The translations under genes and the position numbers were made by a program. This document shows, in pieces, positions 12,325 through 25,202 of a stretch of DNA of 64,000 nucleotides; position 1 is the first letter of the stretch; every line of letters starts with the position of its first letter. This DNA is from Girardia tigrina (taxonomy: Eukaryota), in assembly GCA_001938485.1 (NCBI GenBank), contig MQRK01246435.1, forward strand, positions 42,449-106,448, read 5' to 3'. The notes below the pieces were generated by a model. It worked only from the letters and a program-made list of their open reading frames with translations. It did no database searches and was not told where the DNA came from.

Positions 12325-15300
12325 ATATATAAAATTAAATATTTATATTTATAGACTCTATTAGTTTTAATAAACTATGTTGGGTTCTTTATAAAAATTA
12401 TAATTCATTAACACCAAATTTTATTTTTATAACAATAAAATTATTTAAACAATTTTTCTCCATGGATCTTTTCTTTTGTTTCATTTTTTGACCAGATTAA
12501 TTATACATAGAAATACTGGATTATAATACTGATAACTTATTTATTAAAACGTTAATTAAAATTGAATTTATTTTTTGATTACGTTAATTTATATATTAAG
12601 ATTTTATTATTTTATACAAATCTTCAAAATACATTATAAAAATCTAAACAATAACTGTTCTATTTTAAATCATTTTTAAACGTATTTTGCAACAATTTCT
12701 AGTAATCTAAAATTATTTAAATGCTGTTATTTCAATATTATTTATCTAAAACTAGTTAACTTAAATATAATTTTAGATCTTTTATAATATTTGAATGGTA
12801 CATCTACTGTTAAAATTAAATTTCTTAATATTTTATTCTTCTTTAATTGGTTAAACATTCAATTATAATTATTAAATTATAATTATAAATTGACAATATT
12901 TCAATTTTAAATAAAACATTATGATTTTTTTATTTTACCACCTAATTAAAAAAACATTTAATTATATTATGATTTATTTGTGCTCGATTTTTTTTGTACG
13001 ATTACTGAAATCATTTGGCGAATTTAATTACGACTTTTTGAACCTAATTGCTGAAATGAATTTTTTGAGTCTATTGATTAATGAAACGAATTTAATTCTG
13101 TGGTCGTTTTAATATATTTTAATTAATCTTTATTTAATGTATTTAAAGTATTTAATCTTTATGAATTATCGGCATCAAATTAATTGTTAATTTACCAATT
13201 GTTGGCAATAATTGTTGATTTACTTATTTTCAATACATTTTTTGTACATTGATTTTTTAATTTGTAAAAATATCTTAATACGAATAAAAATAATCAGCCG
13301 AACTAATTTCTATTAATTAATGAAAAATCAAAAATGGGCCCAGTGCGAACTGCAGCAAATCCAATGCCATGATTCTGCTACCACTGGTCAGCCTCTAGGA
13401 CCACCAGGAGACTGTACCAAAGACACAGAGTAATTGCTGTTCTTTATTATTTCGAAGACCCATATTTAGCAGGTTGTTTCTCAAAAACAAAGATGAATTA
13501 TTTTATGATTAAAGTAAGACTCAACAGGGGTTTGAGCAGATTACCGGTGTAACCAAGCAGTAAAGAGTTATTATGAAAAATAATAAATATAAGGTATACA
13601 AATATGAAAGTTCGTTTTTTTACTATTTAAAAAATTAAAATTCCAAAAAATTTTTAATTAAACTTTTATTAACAATAACATCAATATTATTCGAATTTAT
13701 TTGAAATTTATAGATTCCATCAAAGAATTTTCGAGCCATTTTCGCACTTCTTCGTGTTTTGTGAACTTCTGTACCGCCAATCCATGATCCATTGATCGAA
13801 ATAAGTAAAAATCCGATGGGGTAATGTTAGGAGCGTAAGTGGGATAAGATTTTCCACTTCAGTACTTTTATTGTATTTATGATCAGTTTTGCAAAATGAA
13901 GTCTCACATTGTCGTGAAGCAATATCGGGCATTCGTGTCTAGTGGTTCATTCCTGTCGTTTGGTGGTAACGTCTCTGTTCAGATTGACTAATTGCTCTCC
14001 ATAACGAGCCGCCGTAACAGTTTCGTAAGGTTTCAGAAGTTCATAGTACAAAATACCCGTCTGATCCCATCATATGCAGAGCAGCACCTTATTGCTATGG
14101 ATTTTATGCTTGGAAGTCATCTTTTGCACCTTTTTGGATCTGACCATGATCTCTCTCGTTTTGGATTATCGAAAAAATGTACTTTTCATGACCAGTGATA
14201 ATTCGATGCATGAATGACTCGCATTGCTGCCTATCAAGCAAAAGTTTGCACATTGCTCTTCGACTTTCTTGCTGGCGTTCAGTCAATTCATGCGGCACCA
14301 ATCGTTCTTCTTTCCGAATCTTGTACATTTCCTGCAATTGATTTGATATTGTTTGCTGAGTCAAACCTAACGCGTCAGTTAATTGTTGTTGCGTTTTGGC
14401 ATAATCTTTATCTTGTAAGGCTAGCAGTTCATTCTATTCAAACTAGCTTTGGTGGTCTAGCGCGGTCTTTGATGCTCAGATCAAAATCACCTTCTCTGAA
14501 CCTCTTAGACCATTTTGACAGGCTCAGAAAGGGATTGTATCTTTGCCATATACTTCAACAATCATTTTTTGAGAAACGATGGCACTTTTATTTGAGTTAA
14601 ACATGAATAAAATAACTTCCCGCAAATACTCTTTTGTTGAAGCTTCGGTGGTCATCTGTAAAATTACAATGAAATTTTATATGGTAATTTTTATTTAAAA
14701 TTCAAAAAGTAAAACACTCTACATTATAGATACAAACAAATGTTATAGAAAAAGTTTTATGATGGAATAATATTAGACAAAGTGAAACGAAATTTCATAT
14801 TTGTACATCTAATAATAGTCGCATCGTCAAGCAGAAAGAAATAATCTTCACCTACTTAATTTTATTTTGTTAGCATTAAAGTCAGGTATTAATAAAATGT
14901 TTCATAAATGCATAGGGTGCTCAAATAATAAAACTTTATGAAGTTCTCTAATTACTTTATGCAATCTGTAAAAGAAAATGTACAAGATCAAAACCTATGG
15001 TAATGAAATAATGCCAAATGCATTTTCTGGAAACAAATATTGTGGTTTAAAACCAAGATTATATAAAACAATAATATTTTATTGTTGACTTCAAAATTTT
15101 ACTTTCTTAAACATTGGTCGTATAAAATCCAGTATTCTTTTTAAGTTCTTTTGAAACAATGATTTACCTATTATTATACTTCTAATCAAGATATGATCCC
15201 AGATTTTAAAACTGCCTACCCCCCATAAGATTATGAATGTTTTCCTCAACTTCTGAGTTTAGTTAGAGTCATTAGTTAGTTGAGTTTCAAATGATTGAAA

Positions 15301-18300
15301 AAGATATTTTAGAAATTGTTTTGTTTTGTTTTTTTTCATAAAATTCATTAATTGCGTTTTATTTTATAAATGTATTTTTAAAGAATCTAATATTATTTCA
15401 ACATCCATGAGGTCAAAAAAATTGTAGAAAAGTTCAAGTTAACGAAATATAAAAGAAATACAATTATTTACGACAACTTTATGATAATATATAATCATTT
15501 ACAAGGATATTGCTTTCGTGACTGAGATTGTTAGTGATTACGATTTGATGAGGATGTAATTACAAAGAAGGAAATACAATATGAGGAAATCTTGTTTTTG
15601 TGCGGAGATAAACATCGGTGAAAAACTCTTTGAAAATTAGTAAAGCATAATTCTGTTGAACAAAGATTACAAATTAAAGAAAACTTGTAGAAATTTTGGC
15701 AATTTATCAAAGAAAATTGTTCCAAGGATGAATTATTTTGGGAAAAAGGCTACAACAAGAGGCAGCATATCCTAATGGGAATCATGATATGAAGTTTAAA
15801 ATGTATTATAACTTAGTTTGATAAATTGCGCTACTTGGAACATTTTTATTATCAAAGTTAAGAAGTCAATTAAAATTAATTTATTTTTTTTTATTAATTT
15901 CAACGGTTTAACCTTTAACTTTAGGAGAACTGATTTTTACAAATAAAATTAGTTATATATATTGTCATGCAATCATCTGCTACAGGTACCATGTAAACCT
16001 GTAATACTTGTCACATGGTCGAATAGTTGGCGACTAAACCGGCTGCCTCACCCACAGCAACCTGAGTGAAGAGGTGTGTGGACACCTAGCAGGATGAAAA
16101 ACAAAACCTTGGAGCCAACGGCCATCCATACCTGCAGAAGAGATAGGCGCCACCAGGTTCCTCACCTACTGAGACACTCAAAAATATGCAAACCCAAGCC
16201 ATATGCTTGTGCATAATTGAGTGCATCGACCGCCCGAAAAATCTACGGTACCAAAAAATTTTTGCAGGTATCAATTATGCAATACATATTTTTTTATCAC
16301 AATTTTTTAATGATTTTTGGTAAATAGTTTTTTTCAACTGTTATTTAGTTTTCATATTTATGATTTATACTTTGATATTTATAAATATTTGAAATTTGAA
16401 TTAAGTTATCGTTTTCAAAAAGTTTTTATTTGGTTTCTGTCTTCGGTTGATTGTTTTTTGGAACTTGTTGTTTCGAGTTTAATTTTATGTGGTAGGAAAA
16501 TGGAAAAGCACAACAGAAATCAATACCCAATACTAAAAAAGGAGAAGATGTGATAAATATACATTAAATTATATTTTATAATGGTGATATTTTTCAAAAA
16601 TCCATGAGTTTTGTTTTTTTCCTGCATAATATGTGTATCCGAATTCCACAATTCTTCTTTGACGAATTTATTATTATCTTTCATAGTTATATTTTACTTA
16701 ATAATTTTATTAATGTCACACGGTGACTTCTTCATACAAAAATCTTCAAAGTTTTGAAAATTTAAAATTTCTGTTAAAATTATATTTATACTGCCAAATA
16801 ATTTATTCTAAACGTGTACCAAGAGAATAATAATAATTATAAAATGTTTCAAACTATAAAAACATTTTTGCATTACTAAAAAATCCTTCGACAGCTAAAA
16901 ATAACTTTTTTTAAAATATATTTTCATACTATATTTATTTACAAAATTAAAATTATATCATTATTTATTCAAATAACACTGAAATAATTCAAAATATATT
17001 TTAAAAATTTATATTATATTTTATAAATATATTAATAAATATTCTTTTATAATAGATATTTAACACGTGTTTATTAACAAATAATCAATTTCATTTATAT
17101 TTTCATTTATTGTCAGCGATTATTTTGGTATTTTCTGTATTTTTTGCGGTGAATGTTTATAGTTTTAATTTCAACTTTGCATTTTTACAATGAACCGAAA
17201 AGCTGAAAAGGTTAAATTTAGAATGAAACATGTTATGAAAGTCATAAATGACGTTTGTAGTGGTATTTGAAAATCTTCATCCAGAATGAAAACTTTTCAT
17301 TAATAATTAAAGTTATATTATTAATAAATTACAATAAAAACTATTTAGTAATTTAGGAAACGACAAATTAATTATTTTTTTAATTTTAAAAATTGATTTT
17401 ACATTTGTGAGGAATATTTGGAATTTTGATGTTTTGTGTAGTGTTTGCATGTTTGATTGTTGCATGTTGATTTATAATTGTCTCTCCTAATCAGATGGAT
17501 GATTAATATTTTAATTCTTTTAATCTGAAACTAATTTATTCAAATTTAGATTTAATATTCAAATTTTTAATTTATTATTATTGTAAATTTTAAAAAAATT
17601 ATTAATTGTTTTTTTGTAATTTTTTAAATAATTAAATCAATGTTTTTAAATGATTATAAAAAATAATTTTATTTTAACCAATAAAATTTAAAGTAAATAT
17701 TTTAAATAAATTCTTTTCAAGTTAGTTCAGATTTGGAATGAGAAGTATTAAAACTTGAGTTACGAATTTAAGTAAGAGAATTACTAATAATATTCATAGA
17801 GATGATCAAAGTTGTGAATGTAATAAATGTTCTGTCAAATGTGTGAGTTCCTTAACAATATTTACTATCAAAATATTTAGAGACAATATATTTCGACCAA
17901 TCAACCGTCATCTTTAGTTCACATAAATGTAAAAATAATAAATACGTAATATATTGCATTAAATCAAGTTAATATAAAAATTTTCAACCATCTTATTTAG
18001 TTATTTCGATTACAAAATTTATTTATAAATGCTGATTGGGATCAGAAAACAGCGGGAACAATCTTTATGATGAACCAATTTAACATTTGTTTTCTTACAG
18101 GAATATTATCAAGTAAAATCAACTCTCGTTCACTTTCGTAGTTTTGAAAATAAACAGTTGGATAAAGAAGACATGACTGAGTTTAAAGATAGTTTAAAGA
18201 TAGCAAATAGTTTCACGAAACATGGAAGCTAAATTTATAGGTTGTGATGCAATATTCAAACGCAATCATTTTAGATGATCCGAGAGATGAAATATCTTAA

Positions 18301-21300
18301 TACCGGATTTTAATCAACATATGCAAATATATTCATTAATGATAGTGACGAAATAAAGGCAAAAAAAGAATAAACGTTATTTGTAACTCTGAAATATTCA
18401 AAGATGTTGACAGTGATTTGACTTATTTTTGATAAGTATTTTGACTGTATTTTTGATAAGAGCATTTAAATGACCATACATCGACCATACATTCCAAAAA
18501 AAGTTTTATTTAAAATAACATATCTCTTTATCATTATTCTATAAACTGTCTCGAAAAAATTACAAATTCAAAAAAGGAAATACGTGTCAAAATTCGTTTA
18601 TTATTTTTCAAACAATCGCAATTTATGAATATAAACTGCAAGCTCTAAAAGAGCATTTACACAACGCAAAATTACAAATATTTCCTACTTGCATTCAGAA
18701 TAGTGTATAAATATGAGGTAAAGATACAAAAGCAATATGTTTTAACACGATGCATGATGCACCACTTTGTCACATAAAACGCCATAAAACGTTACTTGTA
18801 GGTTGTCTTTTAACATATTCAAGGAAATTAATTCTAAATTCAACATAAAATAAAGGTTGAAAGGGAGAAAGTGCATCAAAAATCTAAGAATAAAACAATA
18901 AAAACTAAACTTCTGAAATCTAAAGAACAATCACCAATCCAAACAAATCTTAAATCTTCTGAAAACTGTAACAACAACTTGCCTATAACAATAGAAAAAG
19001 AAACACAATTACAAAAGTTCTGTAGTGACAAAAATACTTTTGAGAAATAAATTCAAACTTTGGAATCCGTAAATAAAGAATCAACGGATAAATATAGCTA
19101 CACAACAAACACGATCATCACCGAAGCAAAATCCATATCCAGAGAAGTAGAAACTAATACGCAAACAATCAAAGATGATTCTTCACAAACCTACACTATG
19201 AACAATAACAAAATATCTCAGAATCAATCAACACAGATTACTCCATATGATGACTTACCATCATTGAAATACAGAGACAAAAACACACAACCCGAACTAA
19301 GTAGAGAAAATCATTGTTTTAACAAGACAAACATTTACAGCCCAAATGAAGAAACTGATTTCGACATCAATTTCAGTAATGGTACAAGTCCTGATTATGA
19401 CTCAGAACAATACCCATCCAACAGAAAAATAAATCAAGTAAACAGCATCACACACGAAAAACAATTCAAGAACACCGACAAACAATCAACAAAAATGAAC
19501 AACAGTTTCACAGAAATTTGCTCAGAGATTACGGCACTCATTAGAGATAACATTAATGACTTTCTCGATGGGCCTTACAAAATCGTGAGCTATAAAAGAA
19601 ATTCTTTCATCTTGCTAATAAATGACGTAGAAACTACCGTCAACCACAAACGAATTAGATTCCGTTCCAAAAAACGCCTCGATCATATAGATTTCAGAGT
19701 TTGGGAGGATGAGTTAGTTAAACAAATTAAATACAGTTTCGAACATAATTTCTATAACTGTTAAATACCTATTCAGCTCATTTCTCAAACAGTTTTAACG
19801 CTCCACTTACAATAAGGGGCCTAATGTAGTGTTCACTGCATTGCAAAAGACTGCTGTATCTTGTGTTTGTTTTTTTACTATTTTTTTTTAATTGTATGTA
19901 TTTTCCATGTGATTGTGTTATATGATCTGTGATTGTTGTTTTATTTTATTTTATCGAGAAAAAAACAAAGATTCAGAAAATAAAAAATCAAGTCCAAAAG
20001 AAAAACAAAGAGAAACATTTAAAATAAAAGATATAATAAACAAATGAAGCAATCGCAATTCCCCCCCCCCTCCTGTTGAAAAGTAGTTTTTGGCAGCAGT
20101 TTAATAAGTATTAAGAATAATATTTCAAAAATTAACGATCAATTAAAAAAATCGATTTAAAAAAATAATATGATCAAGGAATTATGCCAACAATAGAGAC
20201 AATAACAAAAAATCCAACAAATCAAAATACTCAAAATCCAACAAATCAAAATACTCAAAATCCAATCAATCGCAAAGAAATAAAACTATAGTCAAATACC
20301 AAAAAAAGACAGCAGATTTATTTAAATACCCGGGAATTTCTTTTTTAATCTATACGTTTTTTATCGTTTTACAATATGTATCGTTTTTTGTTAAAATCCG
20401 TTTGTTTCATTATACGTCACCAAGGTCACCAAATCGTCTCTGGCATTTGGTTAGCTTGGTTGTATTATAATATTTGGGTTTTAACACCTACTCTTGCGGA
20501 ACGTATCTATCGCACAAAAAAAGAATCTACTGTTATACAAATACTATAACTATAATAAAAGATTTTTTCGTTTTATTTGTTTAAATATGAATCAGCAGGA
20601 TGGATGACAATAATTTGAAGAAGAGTCAAACATTGTACAAAGATTCGAATTATTGCTCAAATGAAGAATCAACGATAACGAAGGTCAGTAACGAGGACAA
20701 AGGAATCGTTACACATAACGAGTTGTTTTTTATGAGTCATTGTTGATAACACACAAACACGCACACAAACGCACACACATCATCCATAGATTGGAAACAT
20801 AATTGAAGGTAATATAATTATATATTAGAGAAAATAAATATAAATAACTACGAAATTTGATATATTTATAGAATGTTTATATTTCCAGTTTGGAAAATTT
20901 GTATATTTGAACAAAATATTAAATAAAACCTCAAATAATATTGAACAATGATTCATTTAGAGAAATACGAACATAATTTTTAAATATTAAATTTTATATT
21001 TAAATTAAATATTTCACAAAGAAATTATTTCGAGAGAATTTATTGTAATATATTAATTATAATAAAATTTGAAATATATAATAAACTAACATAATACTGA
21101 ACAATAATTTAAAATCCGACTGTAATTTTTTAATTAAGTTTGATTTTCAAACAAACAATAGTTTAAAATAATTTCAAAAACTTTTTTTTATAAATTTATT
21201 AAAATTTATTAATTAATTTATTATAAATTTATTTGTATTTTGAAATTCCGTTTTGTTTATACATTTCTTTCTGTGTTCCGCAATGTTACTTCGCTGACAG

Positions 21301-23631
21301 AAACAAAGAGAAACTCGAAGAATGCCTACGGATCGATGTGGATTGACTGTTCAGAGAAACCGCCCCTGTTGACTCTGTTATCAACCTGCTAGCAGATGGT
21401 GCTCAACTCCGAATGTGAGACAGGGTCGATCATTGAATCCATAACAGGAGTATCGTAGAAAATAAGACTGAAGATCTACCGAAATTGATTAAACAAAAAA
21501 TGAAAATGGTTTCAGCTTTACAAGAAGACCTTTGGAGAACAAATGAAGCTCAATAGACATATCAAAAATAAGAAAAAGAACATGAAAACAATCAATGAGA
21601 CTGCCATGAAAATCTCTATAATCTATGCAAAATAATTATTTGAGTAAAAATCATAAACTTTCAGATATCTTTTATTAAAGTCACAAAACTTGTTAAACGA
21701 ATATAAAGAGTCTTTCATTCTAATTTCAGAATAAGAATTAGAAAAAAAATTATATTTATGTATAAAACTGTCGAAACAACGGTGATTGAATATGCTCAAG
21801 AGACAATCTTTAAGTACTTTTGAGTTACCAAGTCAATTCACCTGTTTATTTTTTACTTTTATTTTACGGTGTATTGACATTAAATTATTAATGACAAGAA
21901 CAAAAAACAGTATTGATGATTAAAAAATTAATGCAGAATTTAAACTAAAAAAGCAAAAAAACTTTTGTACAGAATATAGTCAAGACGAAAATCAGAAATT
22001 ACAATTTTCTTTACAATCCTCTGGATTCTTGTACTGTTTTCTTCAATAAATGTTCCTGAATATCCAAAGCCAAATTCCCAGCATTAATATTTTTTTACTC
22101 AAGAAAATTTGTGAACGTAATAATTTAAAATTATAAAATGTTAAAACTGTAAAATTGTGAAATTATAAATTTGAAAATTTTAACGTTTTCATATTTATTT
22201 AACAAAATATTTATTTCCAAACGTCTGTGAATAGAAAATAATTTTCAATTTTTGACAATGATTTATTAAATAAAATAAACGTAAAAATAATTTTATAACT
22301 AATTATTGAAAAATGTATTATCAAATTCCAATTAAAACAATATAAAAAATTATTAATTTCAATAACGAAAAATAAAAATTTTTGAAATTTACTTAATTAA
22401 TTATTTGTTTGATTTTAATAATTGATTTGAAATTTATTATCCAATTAAATAAAATTCTAGAGAAAATAAACTACAGAAGTAATGGGTGAAAAGGTTATGT
22501 ATCAATTAATTGTTTATCTAATATCTCTCCACAGAATTTCACGCCTCAACGCTCTTCTCAGACGATATCCTTCAATCGTATTTCCGTTAATTTTGACAAC
22601 TTCAACAAAAGCATAGAAAAATTGGAATTTTGCTATGAGAAATAAATCGGACAAAGAAAGTTAATTTAATTAAAATTAAAAATCAAAATAAAATTAATTA
22701 ACAGAAAAATTGAAAGAAAATCTTTTTCTATGTTTTTAATAAAAAACTAGAAAAAAATTCAAAGTAATTAAAATTTAAATTAATTTTTTTCATTACTAAA
22801 AGGTAGGTTTAATAATAAAAGAGAATATCGCCATTTAAAAATTTTATTCATTGAAAAAATGTTTCAACTTTATGACCTCATCAGTTCTGAACTCTTATCA
22901 ATTGCAACTGGTTATACATTTCCTAGTTTAAACTTGTAAAGTGATTCATCCAATCATATTAAAATATTTTAACGTAAGACATGAATGGCTTAATGGTCTT
23001 CTAACTATATAATCAGTAGCAATTCATATATGGTAAATAAATTTGAAACAAATGGTAATTCATTAAAATTAGAATTCAAAAGCCAATTAAAATTGTTCAT
23101 TAATTTCGACGGTTAACTGTCTTCTCCAGAACAACTGATTTGTTTTTAAAAAATGTACTAATATACTGCCGGTAATGATTATGTAATCAATACGTCATCA
23201 ATAAATCATTTAAAACCCTCAATAAAGTTGTTGAGATTGTATTTTGAACTTTAATTTTAGGATCGAAAGATCTAATATATAACTCTTCACATGTCCCTCT
23301 CTCCCAGTAATTATTAAATTGAGTGCATTGAATTTTAAAGTTATGGCTGTTTATATCCCCTTTACCATGTTTACTATGTCAACCAAATTAATTCCACTTT
23401 CCTTACGACTGTGTTCATGGATTCTCTTACAAAATGACATGAAGTCTCTCCAATGTATGTGGCATTACACCCATTACATGTGTATTGGTCAATTGAGAAC
23501 CAAACACAATCCTAACAGTGTTGAAGATTTATTATTAAACATACTTTCCATTTTTTGGGTACAGGAAATTATTTTTAAATTAATTCTATCATCTACTACT
23601 TTTATAATAGAATTTTATCATATGCACACAC

Positions 23632-23668
<37 letters not shown>

Positions 23669-25162
23669 NNNNNNNNNNNNNNNNNNNNNNNNNNNNNNNN
23701 NNNNNNNNNNNNNNNNNNNNNNNNNNNNNNNNNNNNNNNNNNNNNNNATATATATATATATATATAATATAATTTTTGTTCTCAAACTGCCGTTGGTCAC
23801 TACAATTAGGAAATAATTGATATAAAATATATTATAGCCCCAAATTTTAAGACAAAAATAATTTTGAAAAATAGAAAATAAATTCTTAAGTAAATACTTA
23901 AAAACTGTCTAGTAAAAGTTTAAATGAATAAAATGTTAAAAGCAATATTCAAACAAAAAAAGAATAATTTTATTGGTTGCTTGGTGACAAGTTTTTTTAT
24001 GTTTGAATAACTTACTAATTTCTTGTCATTTATTTGTCTTCAAGATTTACAGTTGCCTGTGTGTTTATAAAATATCGATTACATTTACTAAAAAAATAAA
24101 TAAAGTTCTTGAAGATTATATTTATATTTTTTAAAAAAATATATTTCTATAATAATCACATTGAATTACAAAATTTATTAATAATAAAAAAATAGACAAA
24201 ACGGATAAAAATATGAATAATAAAAATAAATTATTTTTTTAATTCTATAGTATTGATTTAAATAAAAAATACCAAAAAATATCAAAAATGAAATTATTGA
24301 AATAAATATTAAGTCTTTGAAATGTTTTTATTAAATCATGACTTATTTAAAACCTTTAAATATTTTTTAAAAATATAAAAAAATGTACTTATTTATATTT
24401 ATTTAATTTTAATTTTTATTTATTTTTACTTTTTAATCATTTTAAAAATGTCAGAAAACTAGAAGACATGTTAACTTCAAAAAAGTCTATCACTAAATGT
24501 TCTGTTCAAATTTCTTTCCAAACATTCCCGTTTTTTGGTTTAATAGAATTATTTTACAATTTAGATACAATTTGATTAGAAAAAATATTTGATTAAATAA
24601 TATTAGCACTTTAATAAATGTTTTTTTAAGATATTTTAACAGTTATTTCCTTTAAATTAGACTGAAGGCTAAACAGAAAGAATGCATAAGCTTAGAAAAA
24701 GAAAAAAAGAAACAAAATAAATTATTAAATCATAAATTAGATTTTAAAATTCAATTTGACATCAATTTTGATTGACCAGACGATGATAGAAATAAAATTA
24801 TATTATATGAACTAGTAAAAGACTCGTCATGTATAACGGGAGAGTTAAATTTCGTTTTTGAAAGTTTCTGTTTTAATTAAAAAATCGAATTTATAATTTA
24901 TTATTTCGAAATAGGTGTTTAATTTTTCAATTTTTTTAAATTTAATTTTTTTATTTTCTTTATAAACCCTAACCCCTAACACAAACTGTAACCCTAACCA
25001 TAACCCTAACTCCTAACCATAATTCTAACGCTAACGGTTAACTTAAACTCTAACCCTAACCATAGCCCGTAAAACGATTTTCGCCACAAAAAATGTAAAC
25101 TAATTTAATTATCTACTTACAATTGTAAGTAAATAATATGAGCGTTACGCAGATGAAACATT

Positions 25163-25202
<40 letters not shown>

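Noticed and set aside
13335-13440. tRNA-derived SINE or tRNA
   Set aside because: Only weak A/B-box resemblance and no cloverleaf.
17738-17848. TGA readthrough or mitochondrial code in copy B
   Set aside because: A single stop in a decayed repeat, with no recognisable mitochondrial gene or SECIS.
24963-25068. Interstitial telomere or chromosome-fusion scar
   Set aside because: The CCCTAA units are short, degenerate and embedded in a MITE-like element. A similar TAGGGTTAGGG scrap occurs at about 50346.
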